Positions 26,901 through 38,900 of a stretch of DNA of 64,000 nt are shown one piece after another. Source of the stretch: Macrostomum lignano. Lineage: Eukaryota. The number at the start of each line of letters is the position of its first letter. The stretch's first letter is position 1. The stretch covers positions 62,001 through 126,000 of the forward strand of contig NIVC01001874.1 in the NCBI GenBank assembly GCA_002269645.1, given 5' to 3'. Both the position numbers and the translations under genes were made by a program. The notes under the pieces were generated by a model. The model was not told the DNA's origin. It saw nothing but the letters and a program-made list of their open reading frames with translations, and made no database searches.

Positions 26901-29900
26901 TAAACACCAACTATGATCATCATCCCTAAACACCAACTATGATCATCATCCCTAAACACCAACCATGATCATCATCCCTAAACACCAACCATGATCATCA
27001 GCCCTAAACACCAACCATGATCATCAGCCCTAAACACCAACTATGATCATCAGCCCTAAACACCAACCATGATCATCAGCCCTAAACACCAACTATGATC
27101 ATCAGCCCTAAACACCAACTATGATCATTATCCCTAAACACCAACCATGATCATCATCCCTAAACACCAACCATGATCATCATCCCTAAACACCAACTAT
27201 GATCATCATCCCTAAACACCAACTATGATCATCAGCCCTAAACACCAACCATGATCATTATCCCTAAACACCAACTATGATCATCAGCCCTAAACACCAA
27301 CCATGATCATCAGCCCTAAACACCAACTATGATCATCAGCCCTAAACACCAACCATGATCGTCATCCCTAAACACCAACTATGATCATCATCCCTAAACA
27401 CCAACCATGATCATCATCCCTAAACACCAACTATGATCATCAGCCCTAAACACCAACTATGATCATCAGCCCTAAACACCAACTATGATCATCAGCCCTA
27501 AACACCAACTATGATCATCAGCCCTAAACACCAACCATGATCATCAGCCCTAAACACCAACCATGATCATCAGCCCTAAACACCAACCATGATCGTCATC
27601 CCTAAACACCAACTATGATCATCATCCCTAAACACCAACCATGATCATCATCCCTAAACACCAACTATTATCATCAGCCCTAAACACCAACTATGATCAT
27701 CAGCCCTAAACACCAACTATGATCATCAGCCCTAAACACCAACCATGATCATCAGCCCTAAACACCAACCATGATCATCATCCCTAAACACCAACCATGA
27801 TCATCAGCCCTAAACACCAACTATGATCATCAGCCCTAAACACCAACCATGATCGTCATCCCTAAACACCAACTATGATCATCATCCCTAAACACCAACC
27901 ATGATCATCATCCCTAAACACCAACTATGATCATCAGCCCTAAACACCAACTATGATCATCAGCCCTAAACACCAACTATGATCATCAGCCCTAAACACC
28001 AACTATGATCATCAGCCCTAAACACCAACCATGATCATCAGCCCTAAACACCAACCATGATCATCATCCCTAAACACCAACCATGATCATCATCCCTAAA
28101 CACCAACCATGATCATCATCCCTTAACACCAACTATGATCATCAGCCCTAAACACCTGCCCTGAACACCTGCAGCACTGAAAGAAGCTCTTAACCATTTC
28201 TGAAGCCAGGTACAAAGCAGAATCACTCAATCACAATTGAGCGCAACATGCTGAGCACTCTAATCGCTTTCATTTAATGTTCAATTTTTTAAATTTTTCG
28301 CAGGCTGGAGCGAAAACGCCGTTGAATTCGACCACCTGTTCAACCAGTCGCAGCGCACCTGGGCCTGGGGCAGCCCGGACATTGTGGACATGTTCGGTAG
28401 ATCCGCGCTGCACGTTCGGGCGCATAGCTACCCACCCGGGGACGAGGAGTTCGGCAAGGGGAACACGAAACTGCTGGACGCCTGGGTGTTCGACAGGGTT
28501 GAGGTGCCTGCCGCTGCTGTGTGGGGCATTGAGATGGGGCATCCAGCTTCTCCGGTGCTATGGGGGATATTGAGATGGGGCCCAAGCTTCTCCAGTGCTG
28601 TTTGGGATATTCTTCTTTCTAAGAAACGTGAGCTAGTTCTATGAAAAACTTTCCAGGAGTTTCTCCTCGCTCACGCAACCAACGGTAGCCGCAGGGAACT
28701 GCAGTCGGAAGGCATTGTGCTGTTTCTGCACCTGCTGGGCATGGACACCTGCGGGCATTCGCTGAAGCCGCACTCCAGGTGTGTTACTTCTGTGTGTTGA
28801 TTACTTCCCACAATCGCTTAGTATCTCACTGAAAGCGTGTCAGAGGTCATTGTAAGGCTTTGAAAGCTAGACGTCACTGACCTTCTGACCCAACTGTAGG
28901 GCATTACAGAGGTCATTGACCCCTGACCCAACTGTAAGGCGTCACAGAGGTCATTGACCCCTGACCCAACTGTAAGGCGTCACAGAGGTCATTGACCCCT
29001 GACCCAACTGTAAGGCGTCACAGAGGTCATTGACCCCTGATCCGACTGTAAGGCGTCACAGAGGTCATTGACCCCCGATTTGGTCAATAATTCTCTGACT
29101 CACCCAGGCCCCTAAAACTGGACACTGGCATTGCCAACTCCGCCCCGCGTCGCAGGGACTGCCTGCTGAATCAGCAGTTCGTTGACAGCGGTGTGGCTCG
29201 TATCTCCGCTCTGGTGTCCCGGGTTTTCCCGGACAACCGGACAGCCTTCCTCTTCACCTCTGACCACGGCATGACCGACTGGGGCTCGCACGGGTCCGGC
29301 CTGACGGAGGAGACCGAGACTCCCTTTGTGGCCTGGGGCGCCGGGATCCGCGGGCCTCGACAGCAGCAACAGCTGTCGCCGGAGTCACCGGCGCCGCGAG
29401 CCTCTGCCAAGTACGCCGATGGTGCGGGCTCCCCCGGCTGGGACATTGGCCAGGCCGACCTGTGCCCGCTCATGGCCGCCTTAATTAACGTCAGCGTGCC
29501 CGTTAACAATGTGGTGAGGCTTCCTGTGACCCAACCTGTGCCCTTCCTGTGACCCAACCTGTGCCCTTCCTGTGACCCAACCTGTGCCCTTCCTGTGACC
29601 CAACCTGTGCCCTTCCTGTGACCCAACCTGTGCCCTTCCTGTGACCCAACCTGTGCCCTTCCTGTGACCCAACCTGTGCCCTTCCTGTGACCCAACCTGT
29701 GCCCTTCCTGTGACCCAACCTGTGCCCTTCCTGTGACCCAACCTGTGCCCTTCCTGTGACCCAACCTGTGCCCTTCCTGTGACCCAACCTGTGCCCTTCC
29801 TGTGACCCAACCTGTGCCCTTCCTGTGACCCAACCTGTGCCCTTCCTGTGACCCAACCTGTGCCCTTCCTGTGACCCAACCTGTGCCCTTCCTGTGACCC

Positions 29901-32900
29901 AACCTGTGCCCTTCCTGTGACCCAACCTTTGCCCTTCCTGTGACCCTCAACCTGTGCCCTTCCTGTGACCCAACCTGTGTCCTTCCTGTGACCCAACCTG
30001 TGCCCTTCCTGTGACCCAACCTGTGCCCTTCCTGTGACCCAACCTGTGCCCTTCCTGTGACCCAACCTGTGCCCTTCCTGTGACCCAACCTGTGCCCTTC
30101 CTGTGACCCAACCTGTGCCCTTCCTGTGACCCTCAACCTGTGTCCTTCCTGTGACCCAACCTGTGTCCTTCCTGTGACCCAACCTGTGCCCTTCCTGTGA
30201 CCCAACCTGTGTCCTTCCTGTGACCCAACCTGTCTCCTGTGACCCAACCTGTCTCCTGTGACCCAATCTGTCTCCTGTGACCCAACCTGTCTCCTGTGAC
30301 CTAACCTGTCCCCTTCCTGCCCGTCAAAAAATTTACCCGGAAACAAAAATTCCGGGTTGAGGCCCGGATCAGCAGAATTGGACCCGGATCACCATTTTTT
30401 CCGGGGTTCTGATCCGGAATATTACATACCCCGGAACAAAGCCTGATCCGGAGGAAGAACAGATGATCTGGGTCGATTTCCCGGAAAATGTCACCCAGAT
30501 CAGAGCTTGTTCCGGGTCAACTCCCGGATCTTTCCCGAATCAGGTGGGTCTGGAAATTGGAAAAAAGGGAATATATCCACTACCATGGGGATATTTAGAG
30601 GAAGCCTCCGATGGAAAACCGCTGAATACAGACCCCAGCAAATGGTTATCCCATCAGGCAATCCCTGGCATCCGTTTGGTCAGCGGCGCGATTTCCTCTT
30701 GGAAATATTCTGAGGGGTAATAAAGCCTCAGTATGATGAGAGTAGAATTGGCAATTGATCTGCTTTTCGGAGGCACTGTAGCGTCCGTAATGTGAGGCTG
30801 AGCCCATCCTCCGTACAGGTGACAATTGAAGAAATGTTGCGCCCTGATTGTGTGCGAGAGTTTTGACTTCCACTGGCATGTAGTCTGTCACAGCTGCTTA
30901 GTGTGTCAACGGGCTGAATGTTTCTATTGTCATATTTGACGATTAAAAGCATAAATCAGCCAACCATATTGTTTGGCACAGCTGGGTGTCTAGACTGAGA
31001 TTGTGCATAGTTCCAAATAGCTCTAACTGGCCCAGTATTTAAAGCAGCTTCACTATTAAGATAGACGCAAATCCGAATTATGTTGGTACATGCTCCATTG
31101 GTTTGTCTAAGGCTATGTTTACCTGCGATGGATAATCAATCCTCGCTTCTGTTGTGGCTCAAGGCAGCTGCTAAGCTGACCTGCGATGGATTAATAACTA
31201 TTGCATAAATTAAACCGGTATACCGGGATAAGATTGATATGGACATTCTGCTAGCTTCATTGATGCTCTTAGATTGACGAAAAGGTTTGTACTTTTTGCG
31301 CCAATAAAAACTTTGGCTTCTGCCTTAAGGAATGCTAGAATTCAAGCCGCTTATTGCAAAAATTTCTTTCCTTTTAATTGGTGACCCGGATCCAGACACT
31401 AATCTGTACGATTCGCCCGGAAACTGACCCAGATCGAACCCTAATCCGTGAAATTCACCCGGAACACTTGGTTCTTTTCCGGGTCAAATTCCCGGAAATC
31501 AGTGTTCCCCGATCCGGTATTTTCGCCCGGAACATATTTTGCTGATCCGGCTCTCAGTTCCGGAACAAAAAAGTATGTAAGCCCGGATCATGAACAAAAT
31601 CCGGATTCATTACAGAATAGGCAAAATTTCCGGGAAAACCCGGAACCCCCAATTGCTCACACCGGAATCCCCAATTGCTCAAACCGGAACCCCCAATTGC
31701 TCATACCGGAATCCCTAATTGCTCAAACCAGAATCCCCAATTGCTCAAACCGGAACCCCCAATTGCTCACACCGGAATCCCTAATTGCTCAAACCAGAAT
31801 CCCCAATTGCTCAAACCGGAACCCCCAATTGCTCACACCGGAATCCCTAATTGCTCAAACCAGAATCCCCAATTGCTCAAACCGGAACCCCCAATTGCTC
31901 ACACCGGAATCCCTAATTGCTCAAACCAGAATCCCCAATTGCTCAAACCGGAACCCCCAATTGCTCACACCGGAATCCCTAATTGCTCAAACCAGAATCC
32001 CCAACTGCTCACACCAGAATCCCCAATCGCTCAAACCGGAATCCCCAATCGCTCAAACCGGAATCCCCAATCGCTCAAACCGGAATCCCCAATCGCTCAA
32101 ACCGGAATCCCCAATCGCTCAAACCGGAATCCCCAATCGCTCAAACCGGAATCCCCAATCGCTCAAACCGGAATCCCCAATCGCTCAAACCGGAATCCCC
32201 AACTGCTCAAACCGGAATCCCCAACTGCTCAAACCGGAATCCCCAATCGCTCAAACCGGAATCCCCAACTGCTCAAACCGGAATCCCCAACTGCTCAAAC
32301 CGGAATCCCCAATCGCTCAAACCGGAATCCCCAACTGCTCAAACCGGAATCCCCAACTGCTCAAACCGGAATCCCCAACTGCTCAAACCGGAATCCCCAA
32401 TCGCTCAAACCGGAATCCCCAATCGCTCAAACCGGAATCTCCAACTGCTCACACCAGGGCCTGCTCCCAGTTGAGATTCTCAGCGGTCCGGCCAGCCGAA
32501 ATGCCTGGCAACTGGAGCGAAACGTCCGACAGCTGGCTGCGGGCTTTTTAACGAAGCGCCGGGAAGCCTTCGAGACCAGGATTTTGCCCGGCTTTGCCGA
32601 ATTTCCCGACCTGCCTGGCGACGCCGGGCCGGACAGCGAGCTGGCGATGGCCGCTGCCGCCGCCAGGGCTGGCGACTTGCGGCTGGCGGTGAGTGGGTTG
32701 GGCTTTGGTGGGATGGGTTGGGCTTTGGTGGGATGGGTTGGGCTTTGGTGGGATGGGTTGGACTTTGGTTGGAGTTATGGAGTGACGCTGGGAAGGAAGG
32801 GGTGACGCTGGGAAGGAAGGAGTGACGCTGGGAAGGAAGGGGTGACGCTGGGAAGGAAGGAGTGACGCTGGGAAGGAAGGAGTGACGCTGGGAAGGAAGG

Positions 32901-35900
32901 AGTGACGCTGGGAAGGAAGGAGTGACGCTGGGAAGGAAGGAGTGACGCTGGGAAGGGTGGAGTGACGCTGGGAAGGGTGGGATATGCAAAGTACGTATGT
33001 CAAAATTATTATTTTAGCAGATCAATTATCCATCATTATGAGTGCCCTTAAATTTTGATATCTAAATAAATCTTCTCTTTCTACTTAGTCAGTAGAGCAT
33101 TGTCGATTTTACAAGATGTTTTTACATTTCAAGCTGACCGAAGTTCAGATACTCAGCGCCCGTGCTTGACTTTCAATTATGAATATTAAATGGATAAGAA
33201 TCTAAGCCTGGGGGGAGCAATCTTGATATTAGTCTTTCTTCTCTTTAGGCCGTGGATTAGCCCTGATAGCCTTACATGGACGCTTTGCAGCCATTTCTGG
33301 GCTAGAGACAGTTTCCTATGTCACCTGAACTGACCCCAGGTAGAATTCGATAAAGTCATTTTCGTCTTTTTCTCCGCCCCTTAATTAAATTACTTGCCTG
33401 AGTTTTGCTCCCCCTGTGCCCGCCAGATAAACCGGCTGACGACTCTGGGCCGGCTTTGCGTTGAAGGCATGCGCTACTATCACAAATATGACCGCGCCTA
33501 CCTGGGGTGAGCTCAAACACGTTACAGCCAGCTCAGACACATTACAGTCAGCTCAGGCACATTACAGTCAGCTCAAACACATTACAGTCAGCTCAGACAC
33601 ATTACAGTCAGCTCAGACACATTACAGCCAGCTCATACACATTACAGTCAGCTCAGACACAATACAGCCAGCTCAAACACATTACAGTCAGCTCAGACAC
33701 ACTACAGTCAGCTCAAACACATTACAGCCAGCTCATACACATTACAGTCAGCTCAGACACAATACAGCCAGCTCAAACACATTACAGTCAGCTCAGACAC
33801 ACTACAGTCAGCTCAGACACATTACAGTCAGCTCAGGCACATTACAGTCAGCTCAAACACATTACAGTCAGCTCAGACACAATACAGCCAGCTCATACAC
33901 ATTACAGTCAGCTCAGACACATTACAGTCAGCTCAGGCACATTACAGTCAGCTCAAACACATTACAGTCAGCTCAGACACAATACAGCCAGCTCATACAC
34001 ATTACAGTCAGCTCAGACACATTACAGCCAGCTCAGACACATTACAGTCAGCTCAGACACATTACAGCCAGCTCAGACACATTACAGTCCGTCCAGACAC
34101 ATTACAGTCAGCTCAGACACATTACAGCCAGCTCAGACACATTACAGTCAGCTCAGACACATTACAGTCAGCTCAGACACATTACAGTCAGCTCAGACAC
34201 ATTACAGTCAGCTCAGACACATTACAGTCAGCTCAGACACATTACAGCCAGCTCAGACACATTACAGTCCGTCCAGACACATTACAGTCAGCTCAGACAC
34301 ATTACAGCCAGCTCAGACACATTACAGTCCGTCCAGACACATTACAGTCAGCTCAGACACATTACAGCCAGCTCAGACACATTACAGTCAGCTCAAACAC
34401 ATTACAGCCAGCTCAGACACATTACAGTCAGCTCAGACACATTACAGTCAGCTCAAACACATTACAGTCAGCTCAAACACATTACAGTCAGCTCAGACAC
34501 ATTACAGTCAGCTCAGACACATTACAGCCAGCTCAGACACATTACAGCCAGCTCAGACACATTACAGTCAGCTTAGACACATTACAGCCAGCTCAGACAC
34601 ATTACAGCCAGCTCAGACACATTACAGTCAGCTCAGACACATTACAGTCAGCTCAGACACTCGCCACCCATTGCCATCAGATTCTACATCCTGCTCTCCT
34701 TTGCACTATGGATAATTTTCGTTGCCGTACAAATCGGCAAAGCTCATCTGCCCGGCTTGGCCGGACAAAAATCGGCCGGACTGGCCGAGCCCGCGCGTCG
34801 CCTCTGTTGTGGAGCTTTGGCAGCCTTGGCCGGCCTGCACTGCTGCCTGCTGTACGGTGCGTGCGGGGGACAGGCAGTGGGATCGGGACTGATTGAGATT
34901 GAGTCAGGGTGAGATTGAGTCAGGGTGAAATTGAGTCAGGATGGGATTGAGTCAGGGTGAGATTGAGTCACGGTGGGATTGAGTCAGGGTGAGATTGAGT
35001 CAGGGTGAGATTGAGTCAGGGTGAGATTGAGTCAGTGTGAGATTGAATCAGGGTGAGATTGAGTCAGTGTGAGATTGAGTCAGGGTGAGATTGAGTCAGT
35101 GTGAGATTGAATCAGGGTGAGATTGAGTCAGTGTGAGATTGAGTCAGTGTGAGATTGAGTCAGTGTGAGATTGAGTCGGGGTGAGATTGAGTCAGGGTGG
35201 GATTGAGTCAGGGTGGGATTGAGTCAGGGTGAGATTGAGTCAGTGTGAGATTGAGTCAGTGTGAGATTGAGTCGGAGTGAGATTAAGTCAGGGTGAGATT
35301 GAGTCAGGGTGAGATTGAGTCAGGGTAAGATTGAGTCAGTATGAGATTGAGTGGATGAGATTGACTGAGATTAAGACGAGGGGAGAATGACTCAAGTGAG
35401 ATAGACCACGTGAGTTTTAGATGGGTCTCCTAAATGACGATAAACGCTTCTCGTACCAGCCAATCACAACCCGCTCACCTAACTTCCTTTGTTCGCTCCA
35501 GTGGGCAGCCGGCCGCCCCTGCACTACCTGTACTGCCTGACACCGCACTGCCTGGCTCTGTGCCTGCTGTCAGAGTCCGGCTTCCTGCTGGCCTGCTGGC
35601 GCGCCCTGCTCCGCCGGGTGCCGCTGACCGGCCGCCGCACTCCGTTGGGCTTCGTCTGCGACCTGACCTTCATCATCGTTGGCCTGGAGCTGTGCGCGCT
35701 CAGCTTCACCAGCCGCCTGATGCTTTCGGCTGGCGTGTTCTGGCTCGGCGCCAACTATGCCCGCCTGCTGTGGAGGCGCCCACGCCTGCGCCAGCATCGG
35801 CCAGTTGTGGCCAGGTTCTTCGCGTCCTGCCTGGCTCTGTGCGCCTTCCCGCTGCTGCCCGTGGTTGGCGGAGTGGTGCACCCCCTGCTGCTGTGAGCTC

Positions 35901-38900
35901 CGCTGCTGGGATTGGGTCTGCTGTGTGACTCCCGGTGCTGGGATTGGGTCTGCTGTGTGACTCCCGGTGCTGGGATTGGGTCTGCTGTGTGACTCCCGGT
36001 GCTGGGATTGGGTCTGCTGTGTGACTCCCGGTGCTGCTGTCAAGTCGCGCCCAGTAAACGATGACAAGGCCGCCCGTGGGCTTGGTTTGAGTCAAGTACG
36101 AGGTTGTGTATTTGAGACAAGCGAGATATTGCAATGACAGTGAGTTACGAGGTGGTAGGTGGCGAGACCAATATATAGGCTTAAAAGACAAACAAGTAAG
36201 TGGGCTTAAAACTCAGAATCGACCACTACTGAATATTATCATGTCAAGGGGGAGAGAGAGAAAGTACACAGAGCAGCGTACACTGGAGTAGGCCGGTTTG
36301 GTTAGTTAGGCTGGCTGGCTAGTTAGAGTTACTCAATATTGGACTCAGGTCAGTCAGGTGCAGTACAGTACATCAAAACACGCCCGGCACCTCAGCTGCA
36401 ATTGGGTCTGCTGTGTGACTCCCGGTGCTGGGATTGGGTCTGCTGTGTGATCCCCGGTGCTGGGATTGGGTCTGCTGTGTGATCCCCGGTGCTGCAATTG
36501 GGTCTGCTGTGTGACTCCCGGTGCTGCAATTGGGTCTGCTGTGTGATCCCCGGTGCTGCAATTGGGTCTGCTGTGTGATCCCCGGTGCTGCAATTGGGTC
36601 TGCTGTGTGACTCCCGGTGCTGCAATTGGGTCTGCTGTGTGATCCCCGGTGCTGGGATTGGGTCTGCTGTGTGATCCCCGGTGCTGGGATTGGGTCTGCT
36701 GTGTGATTTTGGGATGATGCCAATTTAAAGTCCAGATCCTCGAATCTTATTTGTTAAACTTGCTATAGACTACTGGATTGTAGATTTTTTGTGTCTCTAA
36801 CTAAACTCTTTTGCCTTTTGCCTTTGCAGAGCCGTGCACACTGCTGCTGCAGCGGCCTACTCTGTTGCCTACCTCAGATCTGAGCCGGACGCCAAGCTGA
36901 TTGTACCTCTGTCTGTGAGTGCTGTGAGATGGAGGGGTCTGTATGAGAGAGGGAGATGCGAGAATGAGGGAGATGAGAGTGATGGAGATGAGAATGAGGG
37001 AGATGAGAGTGATGGAGATGAGAGAATGAGGGATGTGAGAATGAGGAAGATGCGAGAATGATGGAAGGTGGAAAGAGGGGACACTGCATGTTAGGCGAGA
37101 GCAAGGTAGCGTGTAAGGAAGCAGACGGCCAAAAGAAGGCCGGAACATACAAATTATTGCAAAAGTGCATCAAAGTGGCGCACCCCGGTCGCCGCAGGCC
37201 GCACAGTGCCTCCTGGCCGGCCTGATATCGGTGAGCACCCACACCGTGTACCACGGCCGGGACAAGCCGCTTGTTCTGCAGGCCGCCAGCTGGTGCCTAC
37301 TAGCAGCTGTCTTCCCTCTGATTGGCTGGACCAACTCTCGCCGGGTGTCTGTCAGCCAATCAGCGACTGGGTACTCCGGCCTGGCACCTTCCGTAGCCCT
37401 GCTGCTGCCTGTGTACGGACTGATGTGCATCAGCTACGAGGGCCTGTTCCTGCTGACCCTGGCCGTGTTCCTGGAGGCCTGGACGCGGATTGAATGCCTG
37501 CTGCTGATGACGCTGGCGGACGGCAGTGACGGAGACTGTAGCGCCGATGAGGCGGACGCAAAGCTGGGAAAAGAGCGGCTGGCGGTTGAGCGAGGACTGC
37601 GGACTCTGGGCGGCGGACTGCGGCAGAACCTCTGCTTTGTATCCTTGCCGTTATATTTGGTGTCATTCCCTGGTCGTTGACTCTCAGGTCTTTGCTAATG
37701 GTGTTTTGACCCCTGGCTCTCAGGTCTTTGTTAGTGGGTTATTAACCCCTGACCCTCAGGTCTTTGTTGGTGGGTTATTGACCCCTGACCCTCAGGTCTT
37801 TGTTGGTGGGTTATTGACCCCTGACCCTCAGGTCTTTGTAATTGAATTCCTGCCTAAGTCTTAGGTCTTTGCTAGTGGATTATTAACCTCTAACTTTCAG
37901 GTCTTTGTTAGTGGATTATCTATATTGACCACTGACTTTCAGGTCTTTGTTTGTGTATCATGGATACCCCGTATAAAAGTGGCACTGTCACATTTTGACT
38001 ATGTGACAGTTCTGTGACACTCAAATGACTGTATCACATGTGACCCTTCATTGTGACACTCAAATGTGACACTCGAAGAAACTGTCACCAGTGTGACCGT
38101 CGATGTGACACTCATGTGACAGTCGAAAACTGTCTCATTGTCTCATGTGTGACAGTCAATGTGTTGTCATGTGAACCCAAGTTGTACAACATTGTTTCCT
38201 AAGCGGGATGCCAGTGAATCAGTGATTATGATTGATTTATTAGTTTGCTCCTGAAATATCGTGCATGTACGTGCTTGACTGGATAAGTGGATTGTATTGC
38301 AGATGTGTATAACAATACACGTGGAAATACTTATTTGACTTGATGATTATGCACGGAATTTGAGGCACGTAATTAACATGTCTAATAACCATACCACCTT
38401 TGATAGAAAAATGATGCATCGGAAATATTACTCTACCAAATTGTTAGTTTTTTTACCATTGCTCAAAACAACTAAACACACGAGTCACATGGACGGTCAC
38501 ACTGGTAACAGTTTTTCTGAGTGTCACATTTGAGTGTCACATCGACTGTCACACTGGTGACAGTTTCTTCGAGTGTCACATTTGAGTGTCACATCGACAG
38601 TCACACTGGTGACAGTTTTTCTGAGTGTCACATTTGAGTGTCACATCGACTGTCACACTGGTGACAGTTTCTTCGAGTGTCACATTTGAGTGTCACATCG
38701 ACGGTCACACTGGTAACAGTTTCTTTGAGTGTCACATTTTAGTGTCAGATCGACGGTCACAGCGGTGACAGTATTTGAGTGTCACATAGACGGTCACAGC
38801 GGTGACAGTACTTCACTGTCACATGGACGGTCACAGCTGTGACAGTTTATTTGAGTGTCACATTTGAGTGTCACATCGACGGTCACATTAATAACTGACT

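Noticed and set aside
29171-34715. ORFs of 260-400 aa overlapping PIGN introns
   Set aside because: Translations of 20-23-bp arrays; only the short exon parts are coding.
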